This document shows, piece by piece, positions 48,191-62,927 of a DNA stretch of 64,000 nucleotides. This DNA is from Paraspadella gotoi (Eukaryota; Animalia; Chaetognatha). Position numbers and translations under genes: made by a program. The stretch is from assembly GCA_051294375.1 (NCBI GenBank), contig CM119265.1:12327866-12391865 (forward strand), given 5' to 3'. The number at the start of each line of letters is the position of its first letter. Positions within the stretch are counted from its first letter, which is position 1. A model generated the notes under the pieces. The model was not told the origin of the DNA, did not search any database, and saw only the letters and a program-made list of their open reading frames with translations.

Positions 48191-49005
48191 ATGAACTTCT
48201 TTTTGGCTGTGTACACGCTTTTATTACTCTGGCCATTCGTCATACCATTTTACAACGATGACGAGGACGAAAAAAATAAGGAGTCTCTCGACACGATTCA
48301 ATCTCACGACCACTACCACGAAGATTCAGACGAACTCTATCTGTGCAAATGGTGTGGCCGAGAAGTGTTTCGTAGCTCTGAGGGTTTTGTCCACTTGACT
48401 TCGCGTCACGCAATCCAAAAATTTCCCTTATTGACCTATGCTGACGGGGAAAACCTGACTTTAACGGCTCAAAGGGTTGTCAACCCAGGCGGGGTCGTAT
48501 TCGACCTTATTACCACTAAACGAGCTGAAGTTTTAGAGCAAGGTCATCCTGTGACTGAAGCCACTTGGTTCGACGGGTAAGTTCGGCGTTTCATTATACT
48601 AGTTATGGCTACTCTTTTTAGTCCTCCACTTAACCTCGAATAATATTGTAAAGGAAAATTAAGAGGAAATGTCAAAGGTACTTAACTGGGAATTTTGGAA
48701 CGACTGTCACTGAGAAACTGATTATGAATATAGGAAGAGAAGAAAGAACGATTTATTTTAATTTATATTATTATTAAAGCTACGCTTGGACGCCGACCGT
48801 GTGCCCGCAGTGTGGTCGCCATGTTGGCTGGAAGTTTTCTTTGGAAGACAATGCCGAGTGTCCTCTCGTAAGCGACTCTATTCCCGACGACCAAGAAATT
48901 TCCCCAGAAACATTTTACGGATTGGTTCTCTCAAAATTGACGCGCGAAAATCTCGTGTGGAACCTGGTGAAATTGCCCAAAATTAGGAACGTTCGCCTTC
49001 GTTAA
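48191..49005 (+). CDS. Signal-peptide-bearing stand-alone CULT (cereblon-like) domain protein
   Basis: Hydrophobic N-terminus; LCKWCG, VVNPGGVVFDL, TWFDG/YAW, CPQCGRHVGWKF, FYGL. One intron, 48577-48779. Confidence 0.88.
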
Positions 49006-49332
49006 GCTTATTTTATTGTGAATCTCTTTTAATGACTTTTCCTCACTTTCCTGTGGTTAGAATGTTTAAAATTATAATATACATATTTACTTTTTATTTA
49101 TAAAATAAACGATTCAATTTAAAATACAATTTTTATTTCGTTGTTCACAGTTTATCTAGTTGTGCTTCTACTGTAAAGGAAGATAGATTTCTCTTGATAA
49201 CCCAAGTTAATGCTCTTTGCTCATAGTCACACGTTTCATTTGTATAGTTAGCTCGTTAGAATCGACTGTCCCTCGAGGAGTTAGCCAGAAATTGTTTTTT
49301 ATTTAAAAGAAAAAGTTTTCTGCGATTCGAAT

Positions 49333-51247
<1,915 letters not shown>

Positions 51248-51408
51248 AATCTCATTTGAGAAACTCGTTATCTTGATATTCTGATATTGATATCAAAACA
51301 AAACAGTTTTTATGGTGTTAATGTTTATTGGATAAACAATGAGTAATTTAATTTAAATGTTGTTTTTATTGCAGTAGCATTCTTCCGTCAGTTTTTCTAA
51401 CTTTTGCA

Positions 51409-52511
51409 ATGACCACCTCGGCCCCATCCCCAATAATCGAAATTGGCAGCGAAGCATCCTTGAAGGCAATTTCCTCCGCAAATGAAGGATGTTTGTTGAC
51501 GATTCATTTTTGGGCTTCATGGGCAAAGCAGTGCGAACAAATGAATGACGTCTTGGAAGAGCTTGCGAAGGACACGAAGCTTGTCCACGTCAGATTTTTG
51601 AAGGTAGTTTTTGTAGTTTTTAACTGCTTTATTATGATGCAATTACTCAAGCCGGTCATTTTTGATCGTCGTAGGTAGAAGCCGAGGAAGTGCCGGATCT
51701 TTGCGAAAAATTTGAGATCGAAGCCGTCCCCTCTTTTATCCTTTTAAAAAACGGAGTGTTGATCGACCGAGTCAACGGCGCTAACGCACCTGAACTCGCA
51801 AAGAAAATTCGTGCCAACAGCGAGAAACAGCCGCCTTTGCCCGACTCCGCCCCGGAAATTCAGAGCTCGGGCGACGGGCTTACCATCGACGAACGTCTAG
51901 CGAAACTCGTACAGGCCAAACCCGTCATGCTTTTCATGAAAGGATCACCCACTGAGCCCAGATGCGGTTTTAGTAAACAAGTTCTCTCCATTCTCTCGGA
52001 GCAGAACGTTCTGTTCGGCCACTTTGACATCCTCAAAGACGAGGAGGTGAGACAGGCTCTGAAAAAATTTTCTAATTGGCCCACCTATCCTCAATTGTAC
52101 ATTAATGGTAACCTGCTCGGTGGTTTGGACATTCTCAAAGAACTTGTCGAAGAGGGAGAGTTCCAGGATCAACTTCCCGAAGAGGCGAAGAAGAAGCCTT
52201 GCAGTTTGGAAGATCGACTCAAATCACTGATAAACATGGAGAAAGTTGTGGTTTTTATGAAGGGAACGCCTGTTGGCCCTCGTTGTGGGTTTTCAAAACA
52301 GCTCGTGAGTATTTTGAATGAAGTACCGGACTTCAAATACGGGCACTTTGATATCCTAGAGGACGATGAAGTGCGACAAGGACTGAAGACCTTTTCCAAT
52401 TGGCCCACATATCCACAGATTTACGTGAAGGGAGAATTGGTGGGCGGATTGGATATTATAAAAGAATTACAAGAAAGTGGAGAATTAAAGGACACGCTGT
52501 TGGGAGAATAA
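51409..52511 (+). CDS. GLRX3: Glutaredoxin-3 (PICOT)
   Basis: Trx-like domain (FWASWAKQC) plus two monothiol CGFS Grx domains (SNWPTYPQLY/IY). One intron. Confidence 0.96.
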
Positions 52512-52728
52512 TTTATTTTATTTGTAATTCTTTTTTTTTTTTTTTTTTTTTTTGTTTCGCTATCCGACGTGCCGATTGTCTTGTCGACAGGGGGGAAAAA
52601 AATAAGCTGATTTAGACCGATTTTCCTTTTCTCAGGCAGATTTTTTTTTGTACCTCCACTTTAATCAGTCGAAGTTCGCAAACTGGAGAACAGAGCCGTT
52701 TTTTAAAAAGAACGCGTAAATACTTAAA

Positions 52729-53840
52729 ATGTTATCGTCTGTGGCCAGGTTTGTTTTATGGCATGATCTTTTTGTAATTAATTTTTGTACAATTAAAATG
52801 GTTGTATTTATTTTTTTTTAGAAATATTGTTTCGAAAAATTCTTTGTTCTTTCGCCAATTATTCGACAATGAATCGTGGACTTACACATACATCTTGGCG
52901 GATAAGTTGACAAAAGAAGCAATAATCATAGACCCAGTCTTTGAGCAGGTCTCAAGGGACCTTAGAATTATTGAGGTAATTACATTGACAATTGGTAATC
53001 CTGATAAATTCCAAAAATAATTTAAAGCTTAGTTTTGTTCATTGTTTTTTTCTTTTCGTTGTTTTCGATGATTGAAAAAAAATTATATTTTTATTCAACG
53101 ATATAAAAAGGGGACATGTTTCGATTTAAATGTAAGTCTTCTTCAGCGATGATTAAGACTTAGATGTCCGGTTTTTTAATATTAAACATCATCGTTAAAA
53201 AAAATATAAATCGTTTTTTATTAAACTTAGTTTTTAACCTTTGCCCATTGTTTTTTTTTTTTAGGAGTGTGACCTCAAAGTTTCTTTCGCACTCAATACT
53301 CACGTACACGCCGATCACATCACCGGGTCGGGAGCCTTGAAGAAGAAAATTCCCGGCCTGCGAAGCGTTATTTCTGAAAAATCAGGGGGGAAGGCCGATG
53401 TAACTTTAAAAACGGGTGATAAAGTCCCGTTTGGTGGGTTCGAGCTGGAAGCTCGCGGAACTCCGGGTCACACAGATGGTTGCATGACCTTTTTGTTGCC
53501 GACGGCGGGCTTGGCATTCACGGGAGATGCGCTTCTCATCCGAGGTTGTGGCAGAACTGACTTTCAACAAGGGAACGCGGAGGTGTTGTACGACTCAGTG
53601 TGGCGAGAAATTCTTTCTCTTGACGACGACACGTTGTTGTTTCCCGCCCACGACTATGTTGGGTTCAGCGTCACTACTGTCGCGGAAGAGAAACGTCACA
53701 ACCCTCGGCTGAGCAAAACTAAAGAACAATTTGTAGAAATAATGAAGAACTTGAACCTTCCTTACCCGGCGAAAATCGATGCCTCTTTGCCTGCCAATTT
53801 GGTGTGCGGGCTTCAGGAGAGTCTTTTTGTTGAGGGCTAG
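52729..53840 (+). CDS. ETHE1: Persulfide dioxygenase
   Basis: [56 protein letters not shown]. Three exons. Confidence 0.95.
53108..53152 (-). ncRNA. Degenerate minimal hammerhead motif (Penelope-type) in an ETHE1 intron
   Basis: Minus strand: CTGAAGA-A-GACTTA cat TTAAATC-GAAA-CAT-GTC. The core is intact, stem II has a mismatch and stem I pairs poorly. Confidence 0.5.
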
Positions 53841-54075
53841 GAAGCTGTTTTCGAAAAGTGGTTACGTTCTAATAGCTAGTCACACCAATTTTTGTTACCT
53901 GGTGCAGTTTATTTTATCACTTCATTGTACAGTAGCGGTAATTGACTAATGATGATTCTTTTTCAGAGTTGTAAATTATCTTTTTTTAAATTGTTAGTTA
54001 TTTTTTACATTTGTGACTTACTCTTAATAATTTTGGCAATTTTCTCTAGGCAAATAAAGTCCATTTGTATAAACT

Positions 54076-57000
54076 ATGGAGAGACAAAAGAAGCGACTAA
54101 TCGAAAGCATGTCGGTTTTGTCCGACGACGTCAACGCCGTTGTGGCGAGAATTCGCCAACGTGAATCCGAAACAAAGGCCGTAGTCGACGATGTCGTCGT
54201 CGAAAGCAATGCCGTGTCGTTCCGCGACAAAATTGCAAGGGCCAAGTCTGAAATAGAACTTACCTTTCTTCTGTTAGACTCTGTTCACGATGTGTTTTCC
54301 AAGAAAATTTCAATTAAGCTTGGCTCGTGTAATGATCTTGAAACGAACGATCGACCCGTCGTCGCCGTCGTTGGTCCGAAACCGTCAACCTCTGCAATCA
54401 ATCTCTCGCCATCCGAAACCTCGGGTTCCGATTCGCCGATCGTGTCTCCATCGCCTTTCGGTTTCTGTACTATCACCGATCCCCCGACGAGTATCGAAAA
54501 GCCGGACTACGACGATTCGCTCCCTCGAGTATTCGTTCCCTTCGCGTCCAATGTTGAATCATTCGACTGCGACCCAATTTTAGCTTCCATGCCTGATTTA
54601 CAGCCCATTGAGGATTTGGTGCTCGGGCCCAAGAAGGCCCCAGAAGTTTTCCACAAAAAGACGGCTTTGGATTCCAAGATGAACGGAACGAACGTTTCCA
54701 AAAATGGCGAGAAAACGATCGTTGTCGAGAGAAAAGGTTTTGGTGCTCTTTGTTCAAAAGTCTCTCAACCGAGTGAAAAATCGTTGTTGCCCGATTGGTC
54801 CGCTCAACCAGTGGCCACATGTCATTTGGGTTTGGGCATAAACGACTTGAACAGATGTAACAATCTCAATCTAGAACATCTCTCGAGCGCGCTCTTTCCG
54901 CTGATAAATGGCTGCGATGAGACGCCCCTCGTTCCAGTCCGGTCAGTCGTGGTCGTCGACTCCGATTGCTTAAGCCCGGCGTTTTTATGGATAACCTTGC
55001 CTTCCCCCTCCGGGTCTGATGAGACCTCTCTTGACGATCTCATTGACGAAATGACGGACTATTACACGACAACCCCAGAAAGCAAAGACTACGACGTTCA
55101 TGTCGACGACTTTGTCGCAGTCCTCAGCGACGCTAGGACATGGCTCCGTGCAAGGGTCACCGCCGTCAACTCTTTCGAGGAGATCTGCCTTTTATTGCTC
55201 GATTTCGGACGGGGAGAAGTTGTCAACCTCTTTCGTTTGAGACTACTCGAGCCCAGATTTCTCGCAGCACCGTGTTGGTCGTTTTCTTGTCGCCTTCGCG
55301 GTGCCGGCCCCCTTCCTGTCCTTCCCGATCGCCACGATACGGAACAAAATTCGCAGCATGTTGTCAACTACGATTGGAGTGCCTTCAACGAAAGTCTCAA
55401 GGATGCTTTTCGTTACGTCGACACCACTGTCGGTCAATGGTCTGCAAGCTTTTTCAGGCATCCGGGAATCGACGAAACGTTCTGCCAATTGTGTTTCCAG
55501 CGGGGTGACGAGTGTCACTGGCCAGGGAAATGGCTCGTCACACGACGCAAGGCTAAGATGTGCACCGACGAGGAGCTAGCCGATGCTATTTGCGAATCAA
55601 AGCGCCGCCTTTGTGTTTCTCACCCTACCGTTTATGTCAAGAAGGATAGTCCACTCGCCACAAAATTAGACGCTTCCAGAACAAATGACGAGCAGTCTTT
55701 TATCCCTATTCCGAACTTGCCAAAGATTCCTGTAGCCGTTTTTGCGAAGGTTTCGACTCAACCAGTCGCGGGACTTGACTCTGATCAAGTAGAGCCTATG
55801 CTTCCGCATCCGGTGACCGTCGATGAGCCTCTCCCGGTGTATTCCAAGAAGCTGCTTTGCCACCCTGACGATTTCGACTTTCGAGTTCCCAAGGATGGTT
55901 TCGCTTTCATGTTCTCCAATTTCGAAAATCCTTACCACTTCCACGTTCATCCCATCTTTGGAAACGACATCCATATCGACTATCTCAACAACAGAATGTA
56001 AGTTGCGCGTTTCCTTTTTTTTTTCCTTTTTTTTTTTTCGTCAATCCGTTGTTTTCTAACTTTTTCGTAGGTTCGAGTTTTACCAATACCTGGACCAAAC
56101 TAAGTTTTGTCACGGCTTCGACCCGCAAATCGGAGACATCGTCGTCTGCCGGTTCGACTCAGACGGCAACTTTTACCGGGCGATTGTCCTCAAATTCGAC
56201 GCGGAGGCGGAACGACCCTTCTTTGTCCACTACTTTGACTACGGCAACTCGGAGTGGACGCGCCTGGACTCGATGCTCCCTCTGCTCGAAGATTTCGCCC
56301 ATCTGCCACCGCAGAGTATCCAATGTCGGCTCGGGGACGTCAAACCTGTTTCAGGGGCCGACTGGTCCCACATGGGAAGCTCAGCGCTGAACTCGTTGAT
56401 CGAGTGGAACGTCTGGTATCGGGCTACGACTTGCGAAATTGGTTTGAGCACGGACCCTGCGGCGTCGGGAACGCTCACTCTTGTGGAAATCATGAAGAAT
56501 CAGGTGAATTGTAATTACGTTTAATCAGTAATGGATTAAAAACATTTTTTTTAAATTACTATTACTAGGACACAATATCGTTTAGCGATCAAATGGTGGA
56601 AAAGGGTTTCGCTTGCAAGATTGAATTTTCCAAACCAAATAGAAAATCCGAGGAAGACTCGACCGGCAAGAGCCAAGAAGGATCCTCTCTGGAATCCTTG
56701 CCCGGAAATTCGATCTCCTTGCCATCTGGTGCCGTCGATCGGAACAACAATCTAGTCGTCCCTTCTAATTCTATCGGAGGAAATCCGACGGGCAATTCCG
56801 ACGACGACACACTTTTCGCAGATCTACGGAAGTCGCCTCAAACGCCGACGGAAATTCGCCTCAAGCGCGGATGCTGGTATGCTTATCTTATTTCTCATTA
56901 TATTGATTATATGATTATAATTTTGCCTTATTTTCAAGGGTTTTTAACGTTTTCAGGTATGTGGTTGAAATCGTGTGCATTCGAAGCCCCGGATATTTTT

Positions 57001-59119
57001 TCGCCGTTTTACCCGAAGGACTGGTCCCATTAACTGCCCAACTGGAGGGCTTTCCGGGCATGAAGCCCGTAGATCTTGAATGGTCGACGGAGGGAGCTAA
57101 TGAGAGGCTTCATGAGCAAATGCGACAATTTTATGAGTGAGTATTTCGCCTTTTTAGCTCATAATATTATAATTATTCAATTTTTTTTTTAGCAAAGTAG
57201 AGCACGATGAACGTATGCATTATTCAAAAGCAGTTGTAGGCGACTTGATCGTTACAAAATATAACGAATCGAGGTTTCAAAGGGCTCAGATAACCGAAAT
57301 TTTGCTGGAAAGGTAAAGTGCTAAACTATTAAAACAGCTTTTACTTAAAGAAATTTAAATTCTTTAATCAGTTATTGCAGTTTTTACCTTTAATCGTTGT
57401 TTTATTTCAGAGGTGAATTAATGCTTTTTTACGTGGATTTCGGAAATAAGCAAGTTGTTCCGAGGTCACAACAGCTTTATCACCTGGACGAGAGTTTTCG
57501 TCAACCATTTCTAGCCATTTCCTGCATTTTAGCCAATGTTGAGCCAGTGGAAGAGAAGTGGTCTCTTGAGGCGAAGGAGTGGTTTAAGTCTAAGGTACTA
57601 TAAAAATCATTGGGCCTAATTTTTACTTTCACCGACTGAACCTGACCAGCTTTGCGTTTGCGACAATATTGCTGTGGTTTTGCACATAAGTGGCGTCGTC
57701 GTCGTTATAGATCGCTTTTTTTATGATTAAATTTGGGTGTATGAAGCTGAAAATTTATATACTGTTTCTCATCATCAATGTCCTTAAAATTGAGTCAGGA
57801 CAGTTATTAAATATGTTTTGTTTACGTTTTATCAAAACAAACAAAATTTCTCTCTTTTATTTTTATATTTCTTTCTCTCTCTCTTTTCTCTTGTCTTTCT
57901 CTTTCTCTTTCTCTTTCTCATGTCTCTCTCCCTCTCTCTTTTACCTCGTCACTGATTAATTGGGGAAAAAATGAGTCTGCAGCTGGCTCTGCAGGGGCTT
58001 ATTATTTTTCTCTCTTTTCTCCTGCTGCTTCTCTGGGTTGGGTTTTTTAATGGGTTTTTTAATGCCAACCCTGCTGCTTCTGCTGCTGCCTTTTGATTTT
58101 TTTTCTTTTTTCTCTCTTCCTTCGTTTTTATTTAAAAAAAAATTGAATTAGGATTGAACTCGTAAAATTAAGCATCGCATTCGTGCATGTTATCATTTTG
58201 CTATTGCAACATCAGGATTTTATTTTTTTTTTTCAGGGACTGCGTCTGCTGATCAGTTTATTTTTTGACAATAAAATTTTTTTTTCCTTTTTTTTTTCAG
58301 AAACTATAACTTTAATTTTCCTCGGTACGTTATTATTTTTTTAATTGACAATCGCAAAATAAAATTTGATTTTTTTAGTATCAAAATTTGTCATCAATCC
58401 CGATTTTTCTTATGCGATTGCGACGATCCTTATGCTTTAAGATTTTTTAATCGGAAGTATCATTATCCTTTTTTCTCTCGAGCCCCGGCACGGCTTGCGC
58501 GGAAATAAAAGGTGGTTAGGGGTAGTTAAGGTTGGGGGAAGTCAAGGTTAGTGGGGCTTAGGGGTTTGCGGTGGTTAGGTTTAAGGGTGGTTAGAGGCGG
58601 TTAAGGTTACGGTTGGTTGTGGTTAGTAGTTTTCGAAAAAATAATTTTATATTATGTTTACATAATTACATTTTTTTCAAGAAAAAAAAACATTTACAAA
58701 CGTTTTTTTTTTCTTTAAAAAAATCTCCGACTGTAAAATCTTAAACGGCGAATCTGAAAGTTTCATAATTGTTATTTTCAGCGTTTGTCTTAGTTTGGTG
58801 ATAATTAATGATAAATGTTGTCAGGTAAAGGACAAACGATTAGTGGCTCATGTCCGATATTTGAGCCCCAACAATCGTCCAATGGTTGATCTTTGGGATA
58901 CGCAAGGTGATTCCAATACGGACGGCGCGGAAGTTTTTTTAAACGAGGTGATATTTTTTGTTTTTTGACTACTGCAATTTTAAGTACTTAAGTTTTATTT
59001 ACTTATAGTGTTTGATTTCCCTGGGATTCGGAAAGCGGAATTACTCTCTGGAGCAGAACTCGAAAACTCCCTCATTTTGCAGCAGCAGAAGCACCGGAAG
59101 CGGTTTTCCTTGTCGATAG
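54076..59119 (+). CDS. Multi extended-Tudor domain protein (TDRD-like)
   Basis: Three Tudor-type units: WLRARV...LLDFGRGE; DGNFYRAIV...YFDYGNSE...LPPQSIQCRL; RFQRAQI...YVDFGNKQ...FLAISCIL. Last exon 59009-59119. Orthology not assignable. Confidence 0.85.
57651..58448 (+). mobile_element. HINE-like family 1 element (5'-truncated) in a Tudor-gene intron
   Basis: Aligns with 42400-42700 and 45343-45440; ends GCGATTGCGACGATCCTTATGCTTTAAGATTTTTT. Confidence 0.75.
58511..58641 (+). repeat. Degenerate GGTTAGGG-rich dispersed repeat, second copy
   Basis: Similar to 33251-33396. Confidence 0.6.
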
Positions 59120-59584
59120 TTTATCGATGATTATCTTCTCATTGCGTTTTCGGTTTGGTTTTTTTTTATATTTGTTTCTCTTATAATCAAGTATAAATTG
59201 ACTTGTCATATTTTCTCGTTACAATTTGGGTTATTTTCGTTACAATTTAGTTTATTTTTAGATACCTTTTTATGACTAAGTTTAAGCAGAGGTGCTAGTG
59301 TTTATTTTAAATTTAAAATTTATTTATTTATTTTTTTAAGTAGTAAAAAATCTCAAAGAATTTAAAGATTCATGAAAATGTTATTAAGATAATTTTAAGC
59401 ATTATTTTTCTACTTACTGCTAGGTCAGTAATGCTGTCATAATAAATTATACGAGTAGACATTGCTATTTTTCATATCACTCGATTTTTATGAAATTAAA
59501 TTAAAATTAGCAAGTTACAAATGTTTTAAACCGGTCGGTTCGCTGCATTCTCTCTCGCAGTATCAGTCAATAAATCTGTCAATC

Positions 59585-61303
59585 ATGTCGTCGTCGCCAT
59601 CAACTGTTAATCGCTGCGAAGTTTGTCTCATTCGACTCGAAAGACCGAAAACTTGCTCCAAATGCAAGATAATGAAGTATTGCTCCGTCGACTGCCAGCG
59701 AGTCGACTGGTACAAGAATCACAAATTCCGGTGCTCCAAACCGGTCGACGATCCAACCAGTATCGTATCGGAATTCGGGTTTTACTCCTCCGGAGAAATC
59801 ATGTTAGGCCTCTTGAATCAGGGACCGCTCGTGGCCAAAGTGAGGCTTCCATCGAAAAAAGCTGCCCAACGTTTGTTGGAAGATAAACGTTTCATGGGCA
59901 AAGTTCCTCTGATTCAGAAACACAACGCTTATTTCGTGGACGTCTTAACGGACTTCGTCACCAATCGCGGCGAGGATAGAAAAACTCTCAAGCATAACGT
60001 CACTGACGGTTTCTTTTCGGATTGCATCAACGCGTGCGCTTTGTGGAAGAAGCACTACCTGGTAGATCGGTCTGTTGAAGATTATTTGAAAGTGATCCTC
60101 GCTAACAAAAAGATTGCAGTGGTTATTGGGGCTGAGGGGGTTGAAAGGTGCGGAGAGAACATGGATTTCTTTGAATTCGTCCTTTACACTCTGCACTGGA
60201 TGTCGTGTCAGGCGCTTGTTATGGCCGGTACTAAAATCTAGGGATTTTTTGTTGTTTTTTTTTGCTTTTTAATAATTTCCTGCTATTAACAAAAAAATAT
60301 TTCGCACAATGCAGGGGAAGCGAAGCTTAACATTCTGGATTTCGAAGGGGCCGAGGCTCATTTGGCTCAAGTGTTGGTCGAATTGAATCATTTGAAAACA
60401 ACCGCGTTTACCACGGCCTCAGAGGGTTCATTAATTACAGATATGATTGATCAAGTACGCGTGATAAGAGAAAGGTTGCCGCGAAACATGGTCGCCGCCC
60501 TGACCGAACGAAGAATCTTCCTCAAGAGTCAAAAGTTTCGGCATTTGGAAGTTGCTTTAACTCTGAGGAATCTGGGATTGGAAAAGATCAAAATGGGCGA
60601 CGTGGATTTGGGACGAAAGGACCTCATAAGATCCCTCAACGCCTTCACCAAATTTCATGAGGTGTTAAAAGATAGGATCTCTACGAACGTAAATCGATGT
60701 GATTTCCTTTGCCGATTGGGCGAGGCCTACCACTACTGCGCCCTTTACGCCGCAGCCCTAGAACCCACCAAGCAGAGCAAAGACGTCCTCGCCTTTGAAA
60801 GAAAAGCGTTGGAACATTTTGTCGAAGCGGGGAACCTCGAGTTAATTCTCAACGCCAATATTATGTAAGTCTATTATTCGTCTTGAATGGTAGACTGACA
60901 GACCGATTTGAACTAATTTACCGAATGAGATTTATTTCTTAACATATCGTGTTTTCCGTTTTAAAGCTTGTGGAATTGGTACCGCAACCGTCGTGTCTTT
61001 ACTCGGTTCTCGGAATTCATTAAAAAGCACAAACACCCTCTGTTTGACGAGAGATTACCTGATTCTCGGGAGTTACTGCCGACACTTAAGTGCGAAATAC
61101 GTCAGCTGATGCTGGCGACGGGTTGGGTTGTTTCGGAACAATGTTCTTTGTGCCGTCGGAGTCTTCAATGGAACGATCCTGACGATGAACCTTGCGAGAT
61201 TCTCATCCAGTGCAAGCACGCCTTTCATTCCACTTGTCTGGACGTTTTCTTTGAAAAGAATAAAAAGGAATGCCCGACTTGTCACATTATGTTATCCGAA
61301 TAA
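59585..61303 (+). CDS. zf-MYND / helical / RING-H2 protein (putative E3 ligase)
   Basis: CEVC...CSKC...YCSVDCQRVDW..HK..C (MYND); C-terminal CSLC...CKHAFHSTC...CPTC (RING-H2). Three exons join in frame. Confidence 0.82.
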
Positions 61304-61575
61304 ATTTCGCAATGGTGGGCAGAGAATTAGCGTTTCATTCATGTGGCTTAACTCTGATTTAGAAGATGTAGAAAGATCCATTTAGAATTAAAGCTGCTAA
61401 TTCAGTTAGCAAAAATATCTTGGTTATAAAAAATGTATTCAAGTATCGTTATATTTTCGTGCTAATGAAGGTATATGAAATTGAAATATTATGCCTGATC
61501 CGCATTAATCCGTGCACAACTCCAACTTGCCCCCGCCCCCGGTCGTTTTATCATGTTCTTGAAGTTCGGTATTTA

Positions 61576-62747
61576 TGTGCCAAAAAAAAAAAACGCGCCA
61601 CTTTATATCTTTAAATTCCAGACGCTCTAATTTTTTTTTTTAAACTACAATCAGTCAAGTGATTCAGGTGATCTAGTGTCCAGCTATCCCTCCGGATGTC
61701 CAGTGCACTTCTTTAAATTTTTAATGTATTACAAAGAATGTAAAATATTAAGGGAAAAAAAATTAGTTATAAAAGAATCAATTTTTTTTAAGTTTAGCTT
61801 TGGTGTAGAGTACTTCACTTTAAATAATCACTGCTTTTATACAGATGACCTAATTTTTATAAAATTTATGTAAAACTGTTCATTTTTTTAATAAACTTTA
61901 ATTTACTTACAAAGTTTGTTAAAAATCTGAATACAGGGGTGGGACCATATATCGAGACATAACTTAACGAACTGCCCTATCTGAACGATTTGAGATACAA
62001 TAATAAAATAAATAAAAAATAATAAAACACAGGGTGTTGCGGATGTTTTCAAATCATTGTCATTTTTATATATGCACCATACATGCTTGCATAGTATAAA
62101 AGCCATACTTAATATTTTTCAGTGGTCGTTTCTGAACATGACAGTGTTATGTCTTATCTTCAATTGACCTGATTTTAAGCTTTTCATCACTATCCAAATT
62201 AAACTTATTTAATTTTTTTTCAGGTAAGTAAGACAAAATTTGAAGATTTTAACGAATAGGCCTTAATCGTCAACTACTTTGTATTTCTTACCGTTTTGAC
62301 CCTTTTATTATGCATTCAGAAATCTTCCATGATTAACTTAATTATCTGATAATATCATTAATAATTTTTTTGAGTAAAAGTAAGTTTTGGTAAAAATAAA
62401 ACCAAAACAGTAACTTACCCGAACCTTACCTGCTTACTTCAAATTATTTTAAACCAAAATGAAATGTACAACTTGCCAGAAGCATTATTATACTATAAAT
62501 GAACATTTTTTTTCCAAACCGCGCGGAGAAAATCGAGCTGCATCAAAAAAGCATTATATTAAAGGATTTCAAAAAGATTAAAATATCGTCTATAAGCTAA
62601 GAGAAAGTATTATATTTATTCAGATTTTAAAAATAATTAAGAGTTTTAGAGTAATGATTTTTTAAATTTTGTCTCGATATATGGTCCCGCCCCTGTATAA
62701 AAAGTGATTTTTAAAGGCTGATATAAAGTGGCGCGTTTTTTTGCACA
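61576..62747. mobile_element. Older TIR element in the intergenic spacer
   Basis: IR TGTGC-An-CGCGCCACTTTATATC / GATATAAAGTGGCGCG-Tn-GCACA. Confidence 0.65.
61934..62695. mobile_element. TA-flanked Tc1/mariner-like MITE nested in the previous element
   Basis: 26-bp TIR CAGGGGTGGGACCATATATCGAGACA (1 mismatch) with TA on both sides. Confidence 0.85.
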
Positions 62748-62927
62748 CCACTTTTCGTCACATCTTTAATTTTTATAAAATGTGAACTTGCTAAATTACA
62801 TCATTTTATAGTTTTTGTTACTTTTTCCGTTTGTTTATTTGATGTTAACCCCATGCTATGCGCCATTCATTTGTAGAATTTTTCTTTAGGCTATTCGTCT
62901 GACGGGCGAACCGAACTGAACTGAAAA

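Noticed and set aside
48670-48720. Possible SL RNA gene (AAG|GTAC followed by Sm-like AATTTTGGAAC; similar motif at ~18119)
   Set aside because: Donor-to-Sm spacing is too short, no convincing stem-loops, and it is a single copy inside an intron.
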